DNA from: a virus
Lineage: Duplodnaviria > Caudoviricetes
Direction: 5' to 3' (one strand)
DNA length: 30,134 bases
IMG/VR virus record: IMGVR_UViG_3300020045_002200
Span: 1-30,134 of that record
The first letter of the stretch is position 1. Every line of letters begins with the position of its first letter. The position numbers were made by a program, and so were the translations under genes. This document shows, in pieces, positions 7,909-16,388 of this stretch. The notes below the pieces were generated by a model. It searched no databases. It was not told where the DNA came from and saw only the letters and a list, made by a program, of their open reading frames with translations.

Positions 7909-8475
7909 TTAATTTAAAAAGAAAGTACCATCTTGAAATAAAATTCTGTCGCCATTTTGATATAAGAAAAAGAAAGGTTCTTCCGTTCCCATGTCTATAA
8001 ATCCTGCGCTATTTAAGTCGCTTATAAAATAAGCACTATTTTCTTCTTTACCTTGAAAATCTATTTTAATACCGTTTAAATCGCTTTTTCCTGAGCCTGT
8101 TGTATAAGTTACATTTCCAGAATTTAAACCATTATATAATCCGAAAATTCTATATTTACCGTTGTTATCTTTAAATAATAATCTGAACTCTAAAGAACTC
8201 AATTCGTTTATATCTTTTGTACTTGAAGTTGGAAAAGTCAAGGAAATACTTTGATTGTAAAATTTACCTCCCTCATTTATTTCCATTGTTTCCGTAGGTG
8301 TAGGGTTCTGAACGCTGTTAAATTCGTATATAAATGTTTCAGGAAAAGAAACTAAATAATTTCCATCCGTAACTATTTGACTTCTACTATATTTTTTGAA
8401 TTTTAATAGCCAAATATTACTAACACCTGAGCTTCCGTCCTTACATTTACGATTAAATCCGTTTACAATTTCCAT
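7909..8475 (-). CDS. Tail-tube-like minor structural protein (paralog of 11003-11512)
   Basis: Shares CKxGxxG, KDxNG, G..nG and TG..KxDLNG with the major tail protein, plus a C-terminal extension. Confidence 0.7.
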   Translation of the reverse strand: MEIVNGFNRKCKDGSSGVSNIWLLKFKKYSRSQIVTDGNYLVSFPETFIYEFNSVQNPTPTETMEINEGGKFYNQSISLTFPTSSTKDINELSSLEFRLLFKDNNGKYRIFGLYNGLNSGNVTYTTGSGKSDLNGIKIDFQGKEENSAYFISDLNSAGFIDMGTEEPFFFLYQNGDRILFQDGTFFLN

Positions 8476-8957
8476 CCTGCTGTCAAATTCATTCCTTTAA
8501 TAGCGTTAACTTCATCTTGATAGCATTTATATTCTGGTAAGTAATTTTTACAAATCCACTTATTAAATCTAATAACATACATTTGAGCCATGTTTTTATA
8601 CTTACCAGCTAAAAACTGTACTTCTTGTTTGTCTACAACCTCTATTTTATCACCTGTGTGTTTATAGATACCTGCGTTATCTACCATATAAGAGGCTATT
8701 TCTATATACTGAGCTACTGATTCATTTTTTGTTATTGGCTTTATAAAATCGTTGTATAATTCCAAATACAAACCACTTAACGTATTGGCTGTTTTATCAG
8801 CAATTATCTTATCATATAATTGACTTCCAAGCAACGGTTCAATAGTTGTTAACTGAACGTTTGCTATACAAAAAACAAATTTATCCGTGTCTGTATTTCC
8901 ACTCAATATTGTTGAGCTTGTCATTTCTTGTGGTGTGATAAATAATAATTCAGCCAT
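8463..8957 (-). CDS. Putative head-tail adaptor/neck protein
   Basis: Follows the portal gene; IEPLLGSQLYDKI motif; predicted helical. Confidence 0.6.
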   Translation of the reverse strand: MAELLFITPQEMTSSTILSGNTDTDKFVFCIANVQLTTIEPLLGSQLYDKIIADKTANTLSGLYLELYNDFIKPITKNESVAQYIEIASYMVDNAGIYKHTGDKIEVVDKQEVQFLAGKYKNMAQMYVIRFNKWICKNYLPEYKCYQDEVNAIKGMNLTAGWKL

Positions 8958-10633
8958 TATTGAAATCTTTTATTTGTTGGTAAAAATCCATTGTAAGGCA
9001 TATCTTTTGGCTCTTTATAAACTAAGCTATTATTTGCTTCTGGAATAAATTTATTTTCTTTTCTTGTTTGAGCAGGCGTAACTTCAACCGATAACGGACT
9101 GTTAACATCAGGATTTTTACTTCTGTCTTTTTTAGCATAAATTACTCTATACCATTTATGATGGCAATCACCACCGCCTTTGTATAACCAAATTGAATAT
9201 GTGCTTGCTCCTTCAGGACCCCATCCCGCATTTACCGATTTACTGCCCATTGCTATAATATCTTCTTTTCGATATATCTTTGATGCACTTATCATTTTTT
9301 GGCAAAATTCCCTTTGTGGGTTATTTGAACCTGTGTATTTATACCTTACTTTATATATGTCGCTATCTTGCGCACTTTTTGCGTTCGGGTTTGCAGTTCC
9401 TGTTGTGGCTAATTGCAAATCAATTTTTTCTTCCTCTTCATAGTCGACTTCCCTTTCATCTATAATATCCCATTCGTTTAAATCTTCATCTTCACCCATT
9501 CCTAAAAACTCATCTAAAGCACTCTTTTTTTTTTCGTCGTGTGAGTGCATTTGTACTGCTTTTTGTTCAGTTAACGGAACGAAATATAGGTCTAAATTAA
9601 TATTGTAAAACGTTAGGATTTCTTCTAATGCTTCGGTTATATATCTTTGTTTAGGCTGTATAACACGTTTCATTAATTGAGCCTCTGCCTCGTCTAATTC
9701 GTTTGCGTTATTGCCTAATCCGCCCTCTGACATAATACCAAATAATTTAGGACTTACAACTTTGTGACCTGTCATTATTTGCTGTCTGCTTTCGCCTGTT
9801 AAATACTCCCATTGTTTATGCTGAGCATCATTTACGGGAAAAGGTATTACGGTAATTTCAGCATCTCTCCCATTGAAACTAATCACAAAGTTCATAGCAT
9901 TTGGCGAGCCTGTTAATTTAGCTTTTATTTTATTTTCTAAATCGTCCTTTTCCTCAGGCGAATAAGTACCACCGTCAGGGATGTTTATAATATATCCAGC
10001 ACTTAAACCTTTTTTAATTGAATTAATATAAAAGTTAGCAAGTTCTTCCTCCATTTCGGCATAAGGCAAAGCACTTAAATAGTCAGGGTCAGAAAAATAG
10101 TTTTTACCAGCTTTATAAGGTTTTATACAATAAATTTCTATATCTTCTTTTGAAGTTCCAAAAGCAGGATAATAAGTTGGTGTGTATTTTTGCGGATTAC
10201 TCCAGTCTTTTGAATGCCAATAACCCTCGATTGCACCTTCTTCATTTTCTAAGCAAGGAACTATCTGTTGTTTTGGTATGTGATATATAGCGCCTAAACT
10301 TTTTTTATCTTTTGATTTAATTACCTGAATAGATGCCTCTCCAAACAACTCAAAGTCAGAAATAATTTTACGTAATTCTTTTGAACTAAAAAGAGAAACA
10401 AAATTAATCCAAGCACTTGTATTTACATTTTTTGAACGCAAACCGCTACCGTATATAAGATTACAATAAGAATCTATAATTGCCGAATTAGTAGGCGAAC
10501 CGTTAAACCTATCGATTACATATTGATAAAATGAATTTTGTTTACCATTTAAAACCCAATTTTTAGATTTATTTTCTTCTAATTTAGGTCTGACATAGTT
10601 GCTTAGTTGTAATAATCTTATATCGTTACTCAT
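8957..10633 (-). CDS. Portal protein with C-terminal extension domain
   Basis: SPTNSAII..CNLIYGSG, DFELFGEA, YFSDPDY, LTGSPNA, IMTGHKVVSPKLFGI and VIQPKQ motifs. Confidence 0.85.
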   Translation of the reverse strand: MSNDIRLLQLSNYVRPKLEENKSKNWVLNGKQNSFYQYVIDRFNGSPTNSAIIDSYCNLIYGSGLRSKNVNTSAWINFVSLFSSKELRKIISDFELFGEASIQVIKSKDKKSLGAIYHIPKQQIVPCLENEEGAIEGYWHSKDWSNPQKYTPTYYPAFGTSKEDIEIYCIKPYKAGKNYFSDPDYLSALPYAEMEEELANFYINSIKKGLSAGYIINIPDGGTYSPEEKDDLENKIKAKLTGSPNAMNFVISFNGRDAEITVIPFPVNDAQHKQWEYLTGESRQQIMTGHKVVSPKLFGIMSEGGLGNNANELDEAEAQLMKRVIQPKQRYITEALEEILTFYNINLDLYFVPLTEQKAVQMHSHDEKKKSALDEFLGMGEDEDLNEWDIIDEREVDYEEEEKIDLQLATTGTANPNAKSAQDSDIYKVRYKYTGSNNPQREFCQKMISASKIYRKEDIIAMGSKSVNAGWGPEGASTYSIWLYKGGGDCHHKWYRVIYAKKDRSKNPDVNSPLSVEVTPAQTRKENKFIPEANNSLVYKEPKDMPYNGFLPTNKRFQ

Positions 10634-10931
10634 AGAAATATAGGTCGTTTGTTGCTTTAAAATCTTGTGTTATCTGAGAAGTTGCAAAAATTTTATCTCT
10701 GTAAATTATACCGTTTGCATCTGTTATCTTAACCTGATATTTATCATTTTCTGAAAAATTAAAATCAAAAGTTAATGTCATTATACCGTTTTGCGTAACA
10801 TAAATAGGAGTTAATATAGTTTCTACTTGCGTTAATTCATTATACAAAAACAAATCAATTTCCCCATCAGCATAGTAACGAGGTATAATTGCGATTAAAT
10901 GTGTCGTATCGTTTGGGTCAACTTTCTTCAT
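10626..10931 (-). CDS. Small structural-region protein
   Basis: 101 aa with IIYRDKIFATSQ; overlaps the portal start. Confidence 0.65.
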   Translation of the reverse strand: MKKVDPNDTTHLIAIIPRYYADGEIDLFLYNELTQVETILTPIYVTQNGIMTLTFDFNFSENDKYQVKITDANGIIYRDKIFATSQITQDFKATNDLYFYE

Positions 10932-10938
10932 ATTATAA

Positions 10939-10963
10939 AAACAAAAAAACCGCTTTTTTGTTA
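10939..10963 (-). promoter_or_regulatory. Putative late (phage sigma) promoter
   Basis: TAAC-N17-GTTT, with the G 11 nt before ATG 10931. Confidence 0.6.
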
Positions 10964-10975
10964 CGAAAAGCGGTT
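10940..10975 (-). terminator. Rho-independent terminator after the major tail gene
   Basis: AACCGCTTTT-CGTAACAA-AAAAGCGGTT hairpin followed by TTTTTGTTTTT on the - strand. Confidence 0.8.
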
Positions 10976-11002
10976 AATTTAAAATAAAAAATAAAAAAAG
11001 AA

Positions 11003-11512
11003 TTAAACCAAAGCCAAAAATGCTGTTACGGTTGTAGCGTCTAATTTAGGAGAAAGCGAACCTGTCGTAGAAACGCCCGTAAGAGTGTAACCATTTAAGT
11101 CTGCCTTTGCTCCACCCGTTGATTGAGCAACTGTAAAATCTATACCGTCATCGATTCCAATAGCGTGAAATATTCCATTTCTATCTTTTACTACCGCCAT
11201 AGGGAAACCGTAAGCTAAAATATTCATTTGAGCTGAAGTAACCGCATCGATTTTTTTAAGTACAAAAGTACTTGTTTGTGTGTTAACTGTCGTGCCATTA
11301 TTTCTATCTGGCACTAAAGATTCAGCAACATTATTTCCATCCCCTTCAAGTTCATACTCAAAGACTGTTGTAAGGAGTGGATTAATTGCTGTTGCAACAC
11401 CTGCTAATACCGTGAAAGGATTTTCAACAAAGTTAAAAAGATATAGTTTCCCAATACCTCCTAAACCTTGCTTACAAGCCTTTTCTCTACCTGCTGTAAT
11501 ATCACAAGCCAT
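11003..11512 (-). CDS. Major tail (tube) protein
   Basis: MACDITAG...CKQGLGG...KDRNG...TGGAKADLNGYTLT pattern; follows the capsid gene and precedes a terminator. Confidence 0.75.
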   Translation of the reverse strand: MACDITAGREKACKQGLGGIGKLYLFNFVENPFTVLAGVATAINPLLTTVFEYELEGDGNNVAESLVPDRNNGTTVNTQTSTFVLKKIDAVTSAQMNILAYGFPMAVVKDRNGIFHAIGIDDGIDFTVAQSTGGAKADLNGYTLTGVSTTGSLSPKLDATTVTAFLALV

Positions 11513-11531
11513 ATGATTATTTGTTTAAATT

Positions 11532-11555
11532 AAGGGCGATAACTAAACCGCCCTT
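11532..11555 (-). terminator. Hairpin after the capsid gene (leaky terminator or mRNA stabiliser)
   Basis: AAGGGCGGT-TTAGTT-ATCGCCCTT with only a weak U tail. Confidence 0.6.
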
Positions 11556-11568
11556 GTTACTTATTTAA

Positions 11569-12477
11569 CTATGCGATAGGTCTTGCCCAAACAATCTCAG
11601 CACCGTTGTAGTAACCTACTCCAGCATTGTAAACCATAGTTCCAATAATTTTACCGTTAAGTAAAGTATCATCTTGGTCAATCATTCTAACCTCATTATG
11701 GTCAGCTAACAATCCAGTTGCAAAGATTAAGTTTTTAGGTTCAGCAATAACGATTGTGTTAGCTGGTAATCCGTTAACTTCTTCAATCATGTACTTACCA
11801 AACTTCAAAGTAGTATTTGCATCACCACCCAATCCATTAGAAATTCCTTTTGAAATTAACCAAAAATTATAGTATTGTGCGATGTCTGGAGAAACACCAA
11901 CTTTCAAACCTTTTCTTCTTGTATCGATAGGTACAGCGTTAATAGCAAGTTTAATCTGCGCTTCAACGTTAGCCTCAGTTACTGTATCTAAATCAACATC
12001 GATAACAGTTGCATCAGCTAAAAATTGTTTCAAGAAACCGTCAAATTCGTCTGCGTTTGTAGCGTCTCCATTCCAAATATTGTCGTCTAATTCCTCAGCA
12101 GTTTGAGCCAATTTTTCAACAAGAATTGCGTCCATTACATCTTTTGGTGCGCTGTCATTGTGAGCGCTTGCTCCCATAGAATCTTCACTCCATTGCGCTC
12201 TGAAATCTTCTTTACAAACTTCGAAATCGTCTTTGAATTTCTTAGGTTCCAAAACTTTTTCACTTAGTGTAATAGCTCCAGCAGGAACGTGTCCGCAAGT
12301 GTATTCTCTTTTACCACCTGTTAGGGCAATTTTTCTAAGATTAAGTTTGTAATTTACGTTTGGAAATACAGTTACAAATCCTTTTGCAATTGTATCCGCT
12401 TCTTTAAATGCTTGTCCTACTATCTCGCCCGCTTCTTTGCCTGCGTAGTTGGATGTTACTGTTGTAGTTGTAGCCAT
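11569..12477 (-). CDS. Major capsid protein
   Basis: 302 aa directly after the protease/scaffold gene; IWNGD...FDG and KNLIFATGL motifs; downstream hairpin. Confidence 0.85.
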   Translation of the reverse strand: MATTTTVTSNYAGKEAGEIVGQAFKEADTIAKGFVTVFPNVNYKLNLRKIALTGGKREYTCGHVPAGAITLSEKVLEPKKFKDDFEVCKEDFRAQWSEDSMGASAHNDSAPKDVMDAILVEKLAQTAEELDDNIWNGDATNADEFDGFLKQFLADATVIDVDLDTVTEANVEAQIKLAINAVPIDTRRKGLKVGVSPDIAQYYNFWLISKGISNGLGGDANTTLKFGKYMIEEVNGLPANTIVIAEPKNLIFATGLLADHNEVRMIDQDDTLLNGKIIGTMVYNAGVGYYNGAEIVWARPIA

Positions 12478-12480
12478 ATT

Positions 12481-13578
12481 TTAATTTTTGTTTTTATTGA
12501 TTGTATTAAAAATTCTCTCTTTTGCACTCATTTTAGAAAAGTCTACTTGTACAGGCGTTCCGTTTATTGGCTTACTTGCTGGTTGTTTTGACAATTCAGT
12601 TATTTGAGTTTGTAATGTTTCGATTTGTTTCGATTGTTCGCTGTATTTAATCAAAATAGATTTAATTGCGCTTTCGATTTCACTTGCGATTTTAGCATCG
12701 TTGGAAACTTTACCGTCTTCATTGCCTAAATCTTGTGCAGGTGCAGGCTCTCCAGCTGGCTCGCTTGCTGGTTTAATTTCTTCAACTATCCCCTCAGTTA
12801 CTACAACTAAGATAGTCCCATCTTCAAGAGGGTGTTCTCCTACTGGTACAGGAACTTTCGTACCGTCTTCAGCAGTTACCCAGCATGATTTTCCTGCTTC
12901 TAAAACGTCTCCCTCAAATTCAATTTTAACGCTTCCATCCATTAGCATAACTTCACCTAATTTTATTTCGGTTTTTGCAGGATTAAAAGCAAGTAAAATC
13001 TTTTCAAGTAAAGAGTTTGTTTTTGCTTGTTCACTCATATTTATATTTGTTTTTAAATTTACTTCTTCTAAACTAAGCATTGCGTCAATTGAAAATCCTT
13101 GCACTTTGCCTGTCTTTACATAATCATTCCAAACATCATCACTATCAACTTTCATAACAGCAACCCATGAACCCTTAGGATAACTAAAACCGAAATTATT
13201 ACTTTTGTCATTAGTAGGGTTTTCAACTATCCAGCTTTCTGTAAATGTAACACCTTGAATATTTTGTTTAACATCGTGTTCAATTGTGCTATTTGAATGG
13301 CTGTTATTTTTAAAGAAACCATAAGATAACTCCTTTATAGTTTCTTCATTAAAAACTATGTTAAATTCCTCACCATTTTGATTTCGATAAATTGGTTTGT
13401 TAGGCTCTAAAACTAAACCCATTAATATTTTTTGTTCCTCATCTACGGTCTTAAATTGTATCTTCTCGTCCTTAGATAAAGCAATAAATAAACCCTCCAT
13501 AGCTGGATTTTCAACTAAAGAAATACCATAAACTCCTTTATTTGTAAGTGGATTGTATTTAGCTTGGTAGGTTTTCAT
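12481..13578 (-). CDS. Prohead serine protease (XkdF-like) fused to an acidic scaffold region
   Basis: ISLVENPA, LMGLVLEPNKPIYR, TIEH, ESW, PKGSW and GKVQGFSID motifs; C-terminal PVGEHPLEDG. Confidence 0.85.
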   Translation of the reverse strand: MKTYQAKYNPLTNKGVYGISLVENPAMEGLFIALSKDEKIQFKTVDEEQKILMGLVLEPNKPIYRNQNGEEFNIVFNEETIKELSYGFFKNNSHSNSTIEHDVKQNIQGVTFTESWIVENPTNDKSNNFGFSYPKGSWVAVMKVDSDDVWNDYVKTGKVQGFSIDAMLSLEEVNLKTNINMSEQAKTNSLLEKILLAFNPAKTEIKLGEVMLMDGSVKIEFEGDVLEAGKSCWVTAEDGTKVPVPVGEHPLEDGTILVVVTEGIVEEIKPASEPAGEPAPAQDLGNEDGKVSNDAKIASEIESAIKSILIKYSEQSKQIETLQTQITELSKQPASKPINGTPVQVDFSKMSAKERIFNTINKNKN

Positions 13579-13579
13579 A

Positions 13580-13927
13580 TTATAATTTTGTTAATTCAGA
13601 AACAAAACCCTTAACTCTATAATAAGTTTTATCCAGTTCAACTAATCCTTTTACATTATTATGAGGTATTCCTAATTCTTTTGCTTTAACGTTTATATCA
13701 TTATATGCTTTTAAATATTCACCTTTTTCAATACTTCTAAATTTAGAATTAACAGCGTCTACTTTTTTATTATAAGTGTCTAAAGCTTTTATTAATAAAT
13801 CTTTTTCATCATATGCTTTTTGCAAATCAGACGATAAAAAATTCATTAATGAAGAAATAGCATTGTCACTTAATTGCGTGAATTGTACATTAGTTTCAAA
13901 CGCTAATTTTATTTCTTCTACTTTCAT
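13580..13927 (-). CDS. Hypothetical helical protein heading the capsid operon
   Basis: 115 aa with a KAKELGI motif. Confidence 0.7.
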   Translation of the reverse strand: MKVEEIKLAFETNVQFTQLSDNAISSLMNFLSSDLQKAYDEKDLLIKALDTYNKKVDAVNSKFRSIEKGEYLKAYNDINVKAKELGIPHNNVKGLVELDKTYYRVKGFVSELTKL

Positions 13928-13948
13928 ATTTTTTTGTTATTTATAATT

Positions 13949-13973
13949 AAACTAAATTATGTTACTATTGTTA
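13949..13973 (-). promoter_or_regulatory. Putative late (phage sigma) promoter
   Basis: TAAC-N17-GTTT in the gap between the tape measure gene and the head operon. Confidence 0.6.
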
Positions 13974-13981
13974 TATTTTTG

Positions 13982-15697
13982 CTAACCTAAAGACGCTTCA
14001 CTCACTATATTCCTGTCTAAACTTTGCGAAGTGCTTACATCTGAACTCACAACATACGCTTTAATCGGTGTGCCTTGTTGAGCTAATCCTTGCGCTATTT
14101 GATTTGTTCCTGTGCCTTGTACTAAATTGAAAGATGGTGCGCTAACCGATGGCGCACTTACTCCACTCGATTGACCACCTCCACCAGTTCCCGATTCGTT
14201 AGTGGCTAATATGTTCTTAACATTTGCAAATCCTGACGCTCCAATAACAGAAGCGTTTGCTATTCTTAAAGCCATTCCAAAAGGCTCTGGTACTGTTGAT
14301 GGTGCGCTAAATGCATTCGTAATACCTTGATAGGTTGACATGGTGGCTTGCGCTACCGCTACTCCTTTTGCTAACTTACTTCCTTTTTTAGCAAACGTTC
14401 CGATTAGCTCTAATGTTTGGTTTGCTATATCTAATTTTGCATCCTTAACCTGATTTTCTAAATTTATTTTTTCTTCTGCAAGCCTTTTTTCTTCATCACT
14501 TTCGTTTATTATCCTTGCTATTTTATTTGCTGATTCAGCATCTTCTCTCTCTGTTTTTTCTTCTGCTTTTTTAATACTAAATTCCTCAACATCTAACTGA
14601 GCCTGTTTTATTTCCTCGTCTAATGCAATAGCTTTTTCAGCATCAGATTTAATCTTTTCTTCTTTTCGTTTATCTTCGTCCTCTTGTGCTTTTTTTGCAT
14701 CCTCTTGTGCTTTTAATCTGTCCGCTTTTTGTTTTTCAGTTCTTGTTTTATTTGCCTCGTCCTCTTTATCTTGTGCTTCTTTTTTAGCTTTTGCTAAATC
14801 ATCATTATGCGCTTTATCAATAGCTAATAATTCACGATTTAAACGTTCAGCAAGTTTCTTTTGATTTGCTCCCTCCTCTTTTATAGCTTCATTATAAGCA
14901 TTCTTTGCGTCTATTTTAGCTTTTGTATATTTATTAACTAAGTCGCCATCCTCTGCCATGAACTTTTTATTCATAGCTAAAGATTTATCAGCTTGCTCTG
15001 TAAGTGATGCTATCGCCCTTTCTGCTTCACTTGTAACCCCTATAAAATCTGTAAAACCATTTACTAAATTTTCTACAAACTCGCCAACCTTTGCAAGTCC
15101 CGGAACAACATTTAAAACTACTTTTTTAACTTTGTCAAAGTTCGCAATTAGCAAACCTAAACCAACTACCAAAGCTCCTATCCCTGTTGCAACTAAAGCA
15201 ATTCTAAATAACTTCATTGCGCCTGTTGATGTACCTACAACCGTGCTATAAATAGCTTGTTGTATTGATGCTAACTTTTGACTTTTGGTAAACAAAACAG
15301 ACGCTTCAACAGCATCCTTTACAGTCATAGCAAGTCCGCCTGTTGCATCGTTAAGCAATCCCATTGCACCGCCATTCTCTAAGACAGCATTTGAACTTTC
15401 ACCCATAGATTTAACTACAGATTCATTAGTTTTATTTAGTTTTTTTACAGAACTTTCGGCATCATCAATTCCTTTTTTACCACTACCTAAGTTTAATAAT
15501 TTTTCTTTTAATTTATCGAAAAAATTACCCGCTTCTTGTGCGCCTTTTTTTATCTTATCAAAAAAACTTTCTCCTATTGGCTTGTCGCTATTAGATTTAA
15601 CTCCTTTTAATGAATTATCTAAATCATTGACTTTGTTTTGAACATTTTCAATTCCAGTTTCTTTAACAACGATGTTTATTTGTTTCTCGATAGCCAT
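13982..15697 (-). CDS. Tail tape measure protein
   Basis: 571 aa; A/K/E coiled-coil, ALVATGIGALVVGLG hydrophobic patch, C-terminal PIKAYVVSSDV. Confidence 0.85.
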   Translation of the reverse strand: MAIEKQINIVVKETGIENVQNKVNDLDNSLKGVKSNSDKPIGESFFDKIKKGAQEAGNFFDKLKEKLLNLGSGKKGIDDAESSVKKLNKTNESVVKSMGESSNAVLENGGAMGLLNDATGGLAMTVKDAVEASVLFTKSQKLASIQQAIYSTVVGTSTGAMKLFRIALVATGIGALVVGLGLLIANFDKVKKVVLNVVPGLAKVGEFVENLVNGFTDFIGVTSEAERAIASLTEQADKSLAMNKKFMAEDGDLVNKYTKAKIDAKNAYNEAIKEEGANQKKLAERLNRELLAIDKAHNDDLAKAKKEAQDKEDEANKTRTEKQKADRLKAQEDAKKAQEDEDKRKEEKIKSDAEKAIALDEEIKQAQLDVEEFSIKKAEEKTEREDAESANKIARIINESDEEKRLAEEKINLENQVKDAKLDIANQTLELIGTFAKKGSKLAKGVAVAQATMSTYQGITNAFSAPSTVPEPFGMALRIANASVIGASGFANVKNILATNESGTGGGGQSSGVSAPSVSAPSFNLVQGTGTNQIAQGLAQQGTPIKAYVVSSDVSTSQSLDRNIVSEASLG

Positions 15698-15816
15698 GTG
15701 CGTTTTATTTTTTTAAATGTATTATCCAAACTGTTTTTTCCTTTCGCTATCTCAGTATATTTACCCGCTCCATAAAATGGATTTGATTGTAGTAGTGTAA
15801 TTATATCAGCTATCAT
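15676..15816 (-). CDS. Small tail-region protein (46 aa)
   Basis: MIADIITLLQSNPFYGAGKYTEIAKGKNSL...; overlaps both neighbouring genes. Not in the ORF track. Confidence 0.65.
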   Translation of the reverse strand: MIADIITLLQSNPFYGAGKYTEIAKGKNSLDNTFKKIKRTWLSRNK

Positions 15817-16388
15817 TTTCCTTTATGCGTTCTAATTATTACTAAAACAATATCGTAAATGCTTATGTCACCATTAACAGGCTTAACTTCAATTGAACCT
15901 CCATTTGCAATAAAAGTTGTGCCTGTAAAATAACTCATATCAATATCAAACTTCTGCTCTACTCCAGAACCTTTTGAAAATAAAATAGTTTCATTTGAAA
16001 TTGCACCTAAAGAACCTCCGATATTAATATCAATATCAGCTAAGCCACTTGCTACATTCATTTTTGCTTTAAACCGTAAAGACAAAGTAAATGCATCACC
16101 ATTATTTACTGCTAATAATTTATCAGTTGTTTCATTCCAAAAAGTAGTAACTCCAGTAGGTAATTGAGTTTGAATCTTTGTAGTTGTTCCTGTTAATATT
16201 TTACCAGTAACCCCTGACAAAATAACTAATGGCGAACCACTTGTATATGTTGTATCGGTTATTTGTTCCCATCCTGTAAAACTATAAACCTCGTCGAAAT
16301 TGTCATTTGTTTTATCGAATGCAACTCTTAAAACGTCACCAGTTCCATCGCCTGCTGTTGTTCCTATTCCTATTGTTTGTTTAGCCAT
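15813..16388 (-). CDS. Baseplate/receptor-binding protein with T4 gp9/gp10-like N-terminus
   Basis: MAKQTIGIGTTAGDGTGDVLRVAFDKTNDNFDEVY followed by a beta-rich domain. Confidence 0.7.
   Translation of the reverse strand: MAKQTIGIGTTAGDGTGDVLRVAFDKTNDNFDEVYSFTGWEQITDTTYTSGSPLVILSGVTGKILTGTTTKIQTQLPTGVTTFWNETTDKLLAVNNGDAFTLSLRFKAKMNVASGLADIDINIGGSLGAISNETILFSKGSGVEQKFDIDMSYFTGTTFIANGGSIEVKPVNGDISIYDIVLVIIRTHKGK

Noticed and set aside
13735-13748. Palindrome TTCTAAATTTAGAA containing Fur-like half-sites
   Set aside because: The half-sites are back-to-back rather than in the 9-1-9 arrangement, and it lies inside a CDS.
14560-14800. Repetitive TCTTGTGC / AQED-type sequence in the tape measure gene
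   Set aside because: Ordinary coiled-coil low complexity.
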